Source: Escherichia phage BF17. Taken from it: a stretch of 64,000 nucleotides of DNA. A program made the translations under genes and the position numbers. The stretch's first letter is position 1; each line of letters opens with the position of its first letter. Below the pieces are notes generated by a model. That model was not told the origin of the DNA. It saw only the letters and a program-made list of their open reading frames with translations, and searched no databases. Positions 54,956-63,181 of this stretch are shown piece by piece. The stretch lies in the sequence record MW822008.1, one strand, 5' to 3'.

Positions 54956-55246
54956 TTGAAATTTATGAAAATTGTCGCAAGTGCATGGATGAAACTACAA
55001 GATGGTACTACTGCTTTTGAAGAGTATGGTTTTGTTGAAAGTGTAGAAGAATTAAATCGTTTTAAACGTGAAAATGATGATGATGTATTTGACATTGTAT
55101 TCACCTATCACCATATTCCAAATGATACAGATTATGAACATTATTATTACAATCCAGATCTGCTGGAAACTCTAGTTTGCGACAATCAACATGAAATTGA
55201 TGAAAACACTGCTCTACTAATGCTGAGTACCGTATCTCCGGTATAA
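54956..55246 (+). CDS. hypothetical protein
   Basis: 96-aa ORF; start ambiguous (TTG 54956 or ATG 54965). Confidence 0.45.
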   Translation: MKFMKIVASAWMKLQDGTTAFEEYGFVESVEELNRFKRENDDDVFDIVFTYHHIPNDTDYEHYYYNPDLLETLVCDNQHEIDENTALLMLSTVSPV

Positions 55247-55254
55247 GGAGTTAT

Positions 55255-55734
55255 ATGTATAACCTTACAATTATCCGCGAACCAAATGATTATGAAGGTA
55301 ATACAATCTATGGTGAAGTTTTGGTATTTCAAAGTACTGAACAAAGTGGTATTGAACATAAATTAAAAGATTATTTACGTGATCATTTATATCTGCACCG
55401 TACTGATGCAAATTGTAATTATGGTGATATAATGTTTATTGTAACGCACAATGGTGCGGTAATTGAACATGTGAACATGACAAATGTAATGGATTTTTAT
55501 AATTACACTGACACTTCTTTTCCATTGGATAACTATTTCAGTACTGTTTTTGATGCGTTACGTAAGAACGTTGCTAAAAATGATAGATTCTGTACTAATT
55601 TTAGATTATTAGAAACAAATACAAGAAAGAATCTTTCTAAGAAGTATGATGAAGAACATAAGAAAAATCAGGAAATTCAACGTTTACATGAGTTAATGAA
55701 GAAATATCCCAACGAGGTCAAATATGGCTCTTAG
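55255..55734 (+). CDS. hypothetical protein
   Basis: 159-aa ORF. Confidence 0.5.
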   Translation: MYNLTIIREPNDYEGNTIYGEVLVFQSTEQSGIEHKLKDYLRDHLYLHRTDANCNYGDIMFIVTHNGAVIEHVNMTNVMDFYNYTDTSFPLDNYFSTVFDALRKNVAKNDRFCTNFRLLETNTRKNLSKKYDEEHKKNQEIQRLHELMKKYPNEVKYGS

Positions 55735-56062
55735 AGGACAAACTCAATATAAGTGTATTGAAGAAATCAGAAAGAAAGATGGAACACTTTTTGACAGGAA
55801 ATTAAAACAAGAATATAAAGACCTAAGAGATGTTATCCGAAATGAAAGTTTCGGTGGGAAGCGTAGGCAGAAGATTTATGAATTTCTGAAGAATGGTGTA
55901 GAAATTCAAGTCAATGGTCTTCATTGTGTACAAACCAAAAACGATCCAGATATTTTACGTCTTTTAAAAGAGGGTAAAATAGAAATGTTCAATATCCCAA
56001 TTTCATCCTATGGTAATAGATTAAAATGTAAGCACACGTACTTAAGGATTAAAAATGGGTAA
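55724..56062 (+). CDS. hypothetical basic protein
   Basis: 112-aa ORF. Confidence 0.45.
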   Translation: MALRGQTQYKCIEEIRKKDGTLFDRKLKQEYKDLRDVIRNESFGGKRRQKIYEFLKNGVEIQVNGLHCVQTKNDPDILRLLKEGKIEMFNIPISSYGNRLKCKHTYLRIKNG

Positions 56063-56639
56063 ATTAGTATATTACTATGGTAGTATGTCTAGTGGTAAAA
56101 GTACTCATCTTTTACAAAAAGCATATAACCATAAGAAAAATGGAATGAAGGTAATTTACTTAACCAGTGCACTTGATGATCGTTATGGAACAGGAAAGAT
56201 TACTTCAAGAATTGGCATCGAAGCTGTGGCTGAAGTAATTCCAAAAAATGACATTAGTGTTCTTCTTAAAGTTAAAGAAACACTCAAAAATGACGTTGAC
56301 ATTAACAGTATCTATGTTGATGAATGTCAATTTTTAAACAGAGAACAGATTGACCATTTAGCTGATATAGCAGATAATTATGGTGTTGATGTTTCCTGTT
56401 ATGGAATACGAACAGATTTTGAATCCAATCTATTTGAAGGTTCACAAAGACTGTTCGAAATAGCTGATGACATACATGAACTTAAGAACGTGTGTGAGAA
56501 TCAGAAGTGTGGCAAAGAAGCCACGATGAATGCCCGTATAGTTGAAAGTACTGATAAAGTCTTTATTGGTGGTGATGAATCATACAAGAGTCTATGCAGA
56601 ACTTGCTATATGGATTATATGAGGAATAAAAATGGTTGA
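56055..56639 (+). CDS. tk: thymidine kinase
   Basis: P-loop GSMSSGKST, VDECQF, C-terminal zinc ribbon (C..C ... C..C) typical of type II thymidine kinases. Confidence 0.85.
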   Translation: MGKLVYYYGSMSSGKSTHLLQKAYNHKKNGMKVIYLTSALDDRYGTGKITSRIGIEAVAEVIPKNDISVLLKVKETLKNDVDINSIYVDECQFLNREQIDHLADIADNYGVDVSCYGIRTDFESNLFEGSQRLFEIADDIHELKNVCENQKCGKEATMNARIVESTDKVFIGGDESYKSLCRTCYMDYMRNKNG

Positions 56640-56856
56640 TTCATTTATGAAACGCGTTTTGAATGATGTACTATCTGGATTTAAAAAAGCGACTAGTCTT
56701 ATTTTTAGTTCAGTAGTGATGGTTATTACCGTAATGGCATTTGCACTTGTACTGCATTTTGTACCATTCTGGTTAGTATTCATTGTACTCATTGTTCTTC
56801 TAGGTACGCATGTTTATTATGTTTACCGTGAAGCTTTGGATGATGATAACGTTTAA
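56632..56856 (+). CDS. small membrane protein
   Basis: 74 aa, two hydrophobic helices. Confidence 0.5.
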   Translation: MVDSFMKRVLNDVLSGFKKATSLIFSSVVMVITVMAFALVLHFVPFWLVFIVLIVLLGTHVYYVYREALDDDNV

Positions 56857-56864
56857 AAGTGTTT

Positions 56865-56888
56865 GACCTCACTATGTGGGGTCTTTTT
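56865..56888 (+). terminator. rho-independent terminator
   Basis: GACCTCA/TGGGGTC stem with G-U pair then TTTTT. Confidence 0.5.
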
Positions 56889-56899
56889 AAGGTATCTAT

Positions 56900-57343
56900 A
56901 TGCATAACGAAACTGAAGTCTTCAAACGTTTCATTGATATTTGTTTACACACGAATTTGGTATATTTGGGTCCAGGAGCAAACTTCAGAACTTTATCTTC
57001 AATTTTAGGATACACTGAACCATCATGCTTATATTGCGATGGGAACATGATCCATCTCACTGATGGTGATTTTAATGTTCAGTACATTTCACAATGTGAT
57101 ATGTATGTGTTTAATACGCCAGAATATAATATTATTATTGAAGAACGTACTAAAGATAATTACCCAACCCAATATGTAAGTTGGGATAGAACAGATTGCG
57201 TATATGCCACTGGTCCAGTACAGAAACCTATGAACTATCCTACTATTCATTTGAATGTTATCCATGATGAATTGAAAGATTACTGTAACAGTATTTCAGA
57301 TTCGGAAACAAAATACTTTCCTATTATATTTTTTAAGGTTTGA
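56900..57343 (+). CDS. hypothetical protein
   Basis: 147-aa ORF. Confidence 0.5.
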   Translation: MHNETEVFKRFIDICLHTNLVYLGPGANFRTLSSILGYTEPSCLYCDGNMIHLTDGDFNVQYISQCDMYVFNTPEYNIIIEERTKDNYPTQYVSWDRTDCVYATGPVQKPMNYPTIHLNVIHDELKDYCNSISDSETKYFPIIFFKV

Positions 57344-57735
57344 TTATGAGATGGCGTAAACGACATGTAACAAGATTTAATAAAATAATCAAAAAGTATT
57401 TCTCGCATAAGTTAGATCCAATCATACTTCAACTAAGAAGTAGTATGTTTGATAGACGTTTCCCACAGTGTTTAGAATCGTACAGTCGTAGACGTTCCAA
57501 GAATGAATACCTGGTATATCGTTATGATTTATCAGAATTCTTTTTGAATACTCGTGTATCTGTACCCATAAAACTGTACTCAAGGGTAAAACGAAGTAGG
57601 ATTCAAGATATCACGTATGGTTATCTTATGCTTGAAATCAGCGAACTAAATGAAAAAACAGGTAGAAATTTCAGTACTTTATGTCTGGAAAACAATGATA
57701 CCATAAAAAGAATTATAGAAGATTTGGGCAAGTAG
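57340..57735 (+). CDS. hypothetical basic protein
   Basis: 131-aa ORF, ATGA overlap. Confidence 0.45.
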   Translation: MIMRWRKRHVTRFNKIIKKYFSHKLDPIILQLRSSMFDRRFPQCLESYSRRRSKNEYLVYRYDLSEFFLNTRVSVPIKLYSRVKRSRIQDITYGYLMLEISELNEKTGRNFSTLCLENNDTIKRIIEDLGK

Positions 57736-57753
57736 GATTTTTTATGCTATAAT
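57724..57753 (+). promoter_or_regulatory. candidate promoter (extended -10)
   Basis: TTGGGC ... TGcTATAAT; lies very close to the SD of the next gene. Confidence 0.3.
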
Positions 57754-57764
57754 TGGAGATGAGT

Positions 57765-58109
57765 ATGAAATACATCGACAAAGGTACAGTTGAAACGCAG
57801 TACTGGAATATTCATATTGCTGGTGATATCCAAACAGCAAGAGAGTACACAAGAAAGTTCACATTCAATCTTGGTTTTTGTGTACAATTGATTCCGTGTG
57901 AATACATCTACACGGGTGGTCTTGAAAGTGGAATGTGTGCTCGTATTATTCAGTACCCACGCTTTCCAAAAGAAGAAGTATATCTCAACCGAGATGTATT
58001 AAACTATGCTAAGGGTTTAGCTGAAGAGTTGTGTCAAAAGAGTTTTACTATTGAGCGAAACAATGATACAATCTATTATGAAAGTGCCAACCCTTTACAC
58101 AAGAAATGA
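57765..58109 (+). CDS. hypothetical protein
   Basis: ORF 57753..58109 trimmed to ATG after GGAG. Confidence 0.5.
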   Translation: MKYIDKGTVETQYWNIHIAGDIQTAREYTRKFTFNLGFCVQLIPCEYIYTGGLESGMCARIIQYPRFPKEEVYLNRDVLNYAKGLAEELCQKSFTIERNNDTIYYESANPLHKK

Positions 58110-58120
58110 AAGGAAAATAT

Positions 58121-58252
58121 ATGAATGGACTAAAAAAGTTTGGTAAAGATTTTCTAAAGTGCATCCGTTATACATACGATGCCAACCCTGAAATGACTGC
58201 CATCGTGGGTGTGTTTATTACACTCGTTGTATTAAGCTTTATTGTGGTGTAA
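58121..58252 (+). CDS. small membrane protein (43 aa)
   Basis: ORF not in track; AAGGAAAA SD-like sequence; C-terminal hydrophobic helix. Confidence 0.4.
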   Translation: MNGLKKFGKDFLKCIRYTYDANPEMTAIVGVFITLVVLSFIVV

Positions 58253-58255
58253 AAT

Positions 58256-58459
58256 ATGATTGAAATTAATGCTGATGTATATTGTAGTGCATCACCCAAC
58301 TACTTCATTTATGCACTAAGTACATTTGGGGAAACTGAAGGTGAAACTTTTGTTTTAGTAGATAATACTACATGGTACAAAACAAGTAATAAAATTCCGA
58401 AAGATGTTTTGGAAACTTATGTTCGTATTGAAAATAAAAACATATATGTAAATTTATAG
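58256..58459 (+). CDS. hypothetical protein
   Basis: 67-aa ORF. Confidence 0.4.
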   Translation: MIEINADVYCSASPNYFIYALSTFGETEGETFVLVDNTTWYKTSNKIPKDVLETYVRIENKNIYVNL

Positions 58460-58466
58460 GTAAAAT

Positions 58467-58877
58467 ATGATTGAAATGGAAGGAACTCTGGTGTATGATC
58501 CAGATCGTGGCACTATGAAAAAGAAGAAGGACTTCTGGTTAGTACTACAACTTCCATTGCAGTTGGTTCGATACTACCAGTACTTCATCAGAACTAACTT
58601 ACATATTGATATTAAAGACCCACAATGGGGAGCACATGTCAGTATCGTTCGTGGTGAAGTGCCACCAAATCCAGAGTACTGGAAAAAGTACGATGGAATG
58701 AAAGTTAAGATTAAGTTCGATCCTTTCATCGAAGAAGTAAAAGACAATAAGAAACCTGGGTCATTCTTTATCATAGAGTTTGAAGATGATTTCATTGCAC
58801 AAATTCGTGATGAACTTGGTTTAGCATCTAAATATTTCAAATATCACATCACCATTGGTAGAACATACTACGATTAG
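58467..58877 (+). CDS. 2H phosphoesterase-family protein (two H-x-S/T motifs)
   Basis: 136 aa; GAHVSIV and KYHITIG motifs at the spacing expected for the 2H (LigT/CPDase) fold. Confidence 0.55.
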   Translation: MIEMEGTLVYDPDRGTMKKKKDFWLVLQLPLQLVRYYQYFIRTNLHIDIKDPQWGAHVSIVRGEVPPNPEYWKKYDGMKVKIKFDPFIEEVKDNKKPGSFFIIEFEDDFIAQIRDELGLASKYFKYHITIGRTYYD

Positions 58878-58900
58878 TGTGGATATTTGGTAAATAGGTC

Positions 58901-58928
58901 TTGATATAACTAAAAAGTATGCTATACT
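58901..58928 (+). promoter_or_regulatory. candidate promoter
   Basis: TTGATA - 16 nt - TATACT upstream of lysozyme-like gene. Confidence 0.35.
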
Positions 58929-59044
58929 ACTTAAATGTTCCAAAGAACAACTGAGTACTGTAGAAAGTCCAATGAGGCTTTTGCAAATGGCCTCTTTGCC
59001 CTCTTTGTGATTGCTCATTGTTAACAACCAACAAAGGAGGCGTT

Positions 59045-59971
59045 TTGAAAAAAGCGAAAAAAGCACTGAAAACTAAAATTGCCATAGGCGTGTTAGTTTC
59101 ATCAGCCCTATTCGCTGCGATTGGATTTTATGGTTTTTCTCAAAGTGATCGTGCATCATCATTAGACGAAAGTCAGGTGCATAATTTAAAACCACAAGTT
59201 ACGCAAATTCAAAAGCAGGAACTACCACAGGTATCAGTACCAAAAGCAGTTCCAAGCAGCGAGAAACATTATACGGTTCAACCTGGAGATAGTTATTATT
59301 CTATTGCACAGAAATTTAAACCTAAAAATGTACAGATTGAAGATTATGTCATTTTGTTGAAGAACATCAACTTAAATGCAACTCTTCATACTTCTCAGGG
59401 TATCTTTATCCCAACAAAAGAGGATTTGAAGAACGTATTGTTACCAGATGTGACTGTACTGTTTGATTATAAAGATCCAGAAATTGTCAATCACATCAAA
59501 GAAGCTGAAGGTTCTATTGAATTTCAGTCCAAGAACAAACGACGTTTACTTGGTGGGAAAGTTGGAGTTCCTTTCCACAATTCTAAATTTCATCCCTATA
59601 AGGACATGAAAGGTAATTATACAATTGGTTATGGGCATTATTTGGGTAAGAAAGATTCTGATGCAATGAAGTACAGAAACGGGATTACCAAAGCACAGGC
59701 CAACAAACTTTTAATGCAAGATATGAAAAGGACTTACGAGGACTTTACACTATTGATGCAGAAGAAAGATGCAGTTAATCTGACAAAAGAACAGCAGCGT
59801 ATCCTGTTTGAAATGTCATACACAATGGGCGTTGATAAGTTGGCAACATTTAACAAACTATGGAAAAGTGTTAAAATGGATAACCCTAAGAAATTCAAGA
59901 AAGAAATCATGAATTCCTTGTGGTATCGCCAAGTTACAAACAGAGCGGATTTGTTGTTAAGCTCACTCTAA
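59045..59971 (+). CDS. membrane-anchored LysM-domain lysozyme (T4 lysozyme-like, GH24)
   Basis: ORF 59018..59971; probable TTG start after AAGGAGG; N-terminal hydrophobic helix; LysM motif YTVQPGDSYYSIAQKF; catalytic region E...YKD..G.YTIGYGH like T4 lysozyme. Confidence 0.7.
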   Translation: MKKAKKALKTKIAIGVLVSSALFAAIGFYGFSQSDRASSLDESQVHNLKPQVTQIQKQELPQVSVPKAVPSSEKHYTVQPGDSYYSIAQKFKPKNVQIEDYVILLKNINLNATLHTSQGIFIPTKEDLKNVLLPDVTVLFDYKDPEIVNHIKEAEGSIEFQSKNKRRLLGGKVGVPFHNSKFHPYKDMKGNYTIGYGHYLGKKDSDAMKYRNGITKAQANKLLMQDMKRTYEDFTLLMQKKDAVNLTKEQQRILFEMSYTMGVDKLATFNKLWKSVKMDNPKKFKKEIMNSLWYRQVTNRADLLLSSL

Positions 59972-59986
59972 AAAGGTAGGTAAATT

Positions 59987-60319
59987 ATGCTAAATCTAGT
60001 TATCCAAGGTAATGTTGATATTACTCCAGCAATCAATGACGCAATTCATGCTGAAGCAAATGCACTAACGAAGTTTAGTGATTCTTCAGTACTGCATATT
60101 GGTGTTCATGTGAAGAAAGAGCATAAGAATCAATATTTCGTAACTTTAACATCAGGCGGTAAGAGTGTTACAGCCGATGATGCAGATTTATACAAAGCAA
60201 TTGGTGATTCATTTGAAAAAATGGAAACTGTCTTAGGTAAAGACAAAAGCATCAAATTGTATCGCCGTAACCACCCCGAACATCCAGTTCAAGAAGACTT
60301 GACTGAAGACGAAGAGTAA
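59987..60319 (+). CDS. hpf: ribosome hibernation factor / RaiA-like (S30AE family)
   Basis: 110 aa; I.GNVDIT, GG...A..DLY.AI pattern and acidic C-terminal tail resemble HPF/YfiA. Confidence 0.65.
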   Translation: MLNLVIQGNVDITPAINDAIHAEANALTKFSDSSVLHIGVHVKKEHKNQYFVTLTSGGKSVTADDADLYKAIGDSFEKMETVLGKDKSIKLYRRNHPEHPVQEDLTEDEE

Positions 60320-60327
60320 GATATAAT
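60299..60327 (+). promoter_or_regulatory. sigma70-type promoter
   Basis: TTGACT - 17 nt - TATAAT spanning stop codon of hpf-like gene. Confidence 0.5.
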
Positions 60328-60330
60328 AAA

Positions 60331-60358
60331 GGGACAGAGATTATTCTGTCCCTTTTCT
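60331..60358 (+). terminator. rho-independent terminator
   Basis: GGGACAGA/TCTGTCCC 8-bp stem then TTTTCTT. Confidence 0.65.
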
Positions 60359-60373
60359 TATGGAGTTTTAATT

Positions 60374-60790
60374 ATGAATTATGTTTGGGCAGATGTAGTA
60401 AAATCTCTCGTATCAACACATGATGTTGATTTACCAGATAGTCTGGTATTTAACAGATGGTACTATCCAAACCCAGAGGACTGTAACGTTGGAATTGGAT
60501 TTTTTATTAATGATAAATCTAATTTGTTTGGATTAATTGAAGATGAGACAAAATCCAACCTTATATTCTCGATTGAGTTGAATGCTGATCACATAAAATA
60601 CTACACCAATAAAATGGACGAAGACGATGGAGATGTTATAATCCCAGCAGAAATAGACGAAGCTTCATTTTTTCAGTTATCATTGATTTATGATCTATCT
60701 AACATTACTTATGATAATGTGAAAGACCTTTTTATATTGTACAATAAAATGTATAATTACTTTTTAAGACCTTTTTATATTGTACAATAA
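60374..60790 (+). CDS. hypothetical protein (3' end within tandem duplication)
   Basis: 138-aa ORF; last 7 codons supplied by second copy of 43-bp repeat. Confidence 0.5.
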   Translation: MNYVWADVVKSLVSTHDVDLPDSLVFNRWYYPNPEDCNVGIGFFINDKSNLFGLIEDETKSNLIFSIELNADHIKYYTNKMDEDDGDVIIPAEIDEASFFQLSLIYDLSNITYDNVKDLFILYNKMYNYFLRPFYIVQ

Positions 60791-60809
60791 AATGTATAAT
60801 TACTTTTTA
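60724..60809 (+). repeat. perfect 43-bp tandem duplication (2 copies)
   Basis: AGACCTTTTTATATTGTACAATAAAATGTATAATTACTTTTTA repeated head-to-tail. Confidence 0.9.
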
Positions 60810-60825
60810 TAACAGAGGAATTGTA

Positions 60826-61011
60826 ATGGAATATACCATATGTGTAATTGTATGTATCATAGCCTTACTCGCAGGAGTTGGTGTGATGATTTACTGTGAT
60901 GCGGAACCAAGTACTGAAGTAGGTACAACCATCACACTTAAACCTGGTGTTAAAATTAATGATACCTATTGCTACAATCCAAACACAAACCGCTATGAGA
61001 TTTGTTTATGA
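60826..61011 (+). CDS. small membrane protein
   Basis: 61 aa, N-terminal hydrophobic helix. Confidence 0.45.
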   Translation: MEYTICVIVCIIALLAGVGVMIYCDAEPSTEVGTTITLKPGVKINDTYCYNPNTNRYEICL

Positions 61012-61415
61012 GAACATTCAACATTGATTATATAATTGATTCGATTGCAGAACATATGAAAAACATAAGTAAAAACGAGCCTGGTTTTTACTTCAACTTA
61101 GATAAACTCCATCGCAATACCAATGTATCTAGTTTTAATCGTGCTAAGAAACTTTACATCCGTATACATAACCTTTGGTACAGTGACGATACGTTGATGA
61201 TAGATATTACTGTTGATGAAGACATAACATTAAGATACATTGACGATTTTAAATCAGATGATATTCGTGCTGGATCATTACCAATTGATGCTTCATATGA
61301 AGAATATCTGCAATACCAGTTCATTGATGACACATTTGGATTTGACTTTGATCTATATAATAGTATAATGAACGTATACCATATATACGAAAGGAATTTG
61401 AATGGACATTCGTAA
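61002..61415 (+). CDS. hypothetical protein
   Basis: 137-aa ORF. Confidence 0.5.
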   Translation: MFMRTFNIDYIIDSIAEHMKNISKNEPGFYFNLDKLHRNTNVSSFNRAKKLYIRIHNLWYSDDTLMIDITVDEDITLRYIDDFKSDDIRAGSLPIDASYEEYLQYQFIDDTFGFDFDLYNSIMNVYHIYERNLNGHS

Positions 61416-61824
61416 AATACCAAATTTCCACAGTACATTAAGGTTCTTTTCTGAACAAGAAATCAGTACTGAAAGACGTGGCTTGATTTCATACAATCAT
61501 CATCGTGTTATGTACACTAATCATTTCCAGGGTACAGTTCGTATTAAATTTCGTAATGCACTCGACGACAATGATGAATTGTTAATTTTACTACGAAAAA
61601 GTAAGATAGAATTGACATACGCAACTCACCATATTGAAAGTGAGTTGATGTGGCACACACTATCAAAAAAAGAAGGGTCATTACCAGTTGATGATAATGG
61701 ACCAGAAACACTTGATCAGTACATGTTCATTGATGATACATTTAGTATTGACTATCCATCATTTCAGTGTATACTAGCTATACATAAAAAATATTACGAC
61801 CGTCTACGTGACAGATTAATTTAA
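61402..61824 (+). CDS. hypothetical protein
   Basis: 140-aa ORF. Confidence 0.5.
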   Translation: MDIRKIPNFHSTLRFFSEQEISTERRGLISYNHHRVMYTNHFQGTVRIKFRNALDDNDELLILLRKSKIELTYATHHIESELMWHTLSKKEGSLPVDDNGPETLDQYMFIDDTFSIDYPSFQCILAIHKKYYDRLRDRLI

Positions 61825-61835
61825 TTGGAGGCATT

Positions 61836-61958
61836 ATGATTGCTATGTTAGAAGAAGATTGGGGTGTTTCCGAGCAAGGCACTGATGAATATGAATACCC
61901 AGAATATAAGCCTAAAGGCTTTTGGGAACGTTTGCGTGATTGGTTGATGGGGGAATAA
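61836..61958 (+). CDS. possible small ORF (40 aa)
   Basis: ATG 4 nt after GGAGG; fills gap before CCA-enzyme gene; not in track. Confidence 0.3.
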   Translation: MIAMLEEDWGVSEQGTDEYEYPEYKPKGFWERLRDWLMGE

Positions 61959-61959
61959 C

Positions 61960-63075
61960 ATGAAAAAGTATTTGGTTGGCGGTTATACGAGAGATCGTTT
62001 AATGGGCATCCGTGCAAAAGACAAAGATTATGTCATTGTCGGTGCATCCGAATCTGATATTAAGTACTTGCAAAGTATTGGTTATAAGCAAGTAGGTAAG
62101 GATTTTCCTGTGTATCTCAGCCCAGAGGGTAATGAGCACGCATTGGCACGTACTGAACGTAAAACTGGTACTGGTTACGGTGGTTTCGAAGTGAATACTA
62201 AAGGCGTAACACTGGAACAAGATTTGTATCGCCGTGACCTTACAATTAATGCAATTGCGTATGATCCAGTACTCCAGATTCACATCGACCCTTATGGCGG
62301 GAAAGCTGATATCAAGAACAAAGTACTACGACATGTATCAGAACACTTTAAAGAAGATCCATTGCGTGTTCTACGTTTGGCCCGTTTCGCTACACGTTAC
62401 TCAGACTTTACAATCCATGATGATACTATGACAATGTGTAAAGATATGGTTAGTACTGGTGAACTAGACCATCTAGTCCCAGATCGTGTTTTTGTTGAAT
62501 TCGAAAAAGCACTTTCTGAAGAAAACCCTTCCAAGTTTATCAAAACTCTGGTACAATTTGGTTATTACGAAAAGGCATTTACTACAGTTCCAGTTACCAA
62601 GAAACGTCTGGAATTAATTGATGCTATCGCTGCAAATTGTACAGAAGAATATAAACCATATTTCTTATGGACAGTACTTCTTGAAAATGAAGAAGTAAAT
62701 AATGATTCAGTACTTAACGGTTCCATTAAGGTTCCAGTTAAGTACGTGAAGTTTAGTAATTACATCAAGCGTTTCCGTGAAGATATTAAAACCTTCCGTA
62801 AGAAGACCCCAGTTGAAATGGGACAAATCTTACTGGATATGAATATCAAAAACAATGGTGGTGAAGATTTCCTTTACAAAGTACTGGAAAACTTCATTTT
62901 GAACAAAGAAATTGATTCTGATCTTGAAGATTTGATTATTAAAGTTTATGATCGTTATACTGATGTTGAATTACCTGATATTCAGCAGTTAGTGAAAGAT
63001 GGTGAACTCCAAACATCGGAGATTCGTGATTTTGTTGCTGAATTGCGTATTGAAGCAATCAAGCAAATGTTCTAA
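61960..63075 (+). CDS. cca: tRNA nucleotidyltransferase (CCA-adding enzyme, class II)
   Basis: 371 aa; GG.TRD..MG, DKD (catalytic Asp pair), RRDLTINA, DPYGG and EDPLRVLRLARFA motifs of the poly(A) polymerase/CCA family head domain. Confidence 0.8.
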   Translation: MKKYLVGGYTRDRLMGIRAKDKDYVIVGASESDIKYLQSIGYKQVGKDFPVYLSPEGNEHALARTERKTGTGYGGFEVNTKGVTLEQDLYRRDLTINAIAYDPVLQIHIDPYGGKADIKNKVLRHVSEHFKEDPLRVLRLARFATRYSDFTIHDDTMTMCKDMVSTGELDHLVPDRVFVEFEKALSEENPSKFIKTLVQFGYYEKAFTTVPVTKKRLELIDAIAANCTEEYKPYFLWTVLLENEEVNNDSVLNGSIKVPVKYVKFSNYIKRFREDIKTFRKKTPVEMGQILLDMNIKNNGGEDFLYKVLENFILNKEIDSDLEDLIIKVYDRYTDVELPDIQQLVKDGELQTSEIRDFVAELRIEAIKQMF

Positions 63076-63079
63076 AAGC

Positions 63080-63108
63080 TGGGACAAGTTAACATCTTCT
63101 GATATAAT
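63080..63108 (+). promoter_or_regulatory. early promoter with TGGGACA upstream element
   Basis: GGGACA - 16 nt - TGaTATAAT. Confidence 0.5.
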
Positions 63109-63181
63109 TACTAGTATCTGAACATCACTTGATGATAAAGAGATAAGATTATGCGTTATAGCTGTGGTATAATATTTTATC

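Noticed and set aside
49269-59971. Holin gene adjacent to spanins or lysozyme
   Set aside because: Several small membrane proteins exist (e.g. 56632..56856, 58121..58252, 60826..61011) but none can be singled out as a holin from sequence alone.
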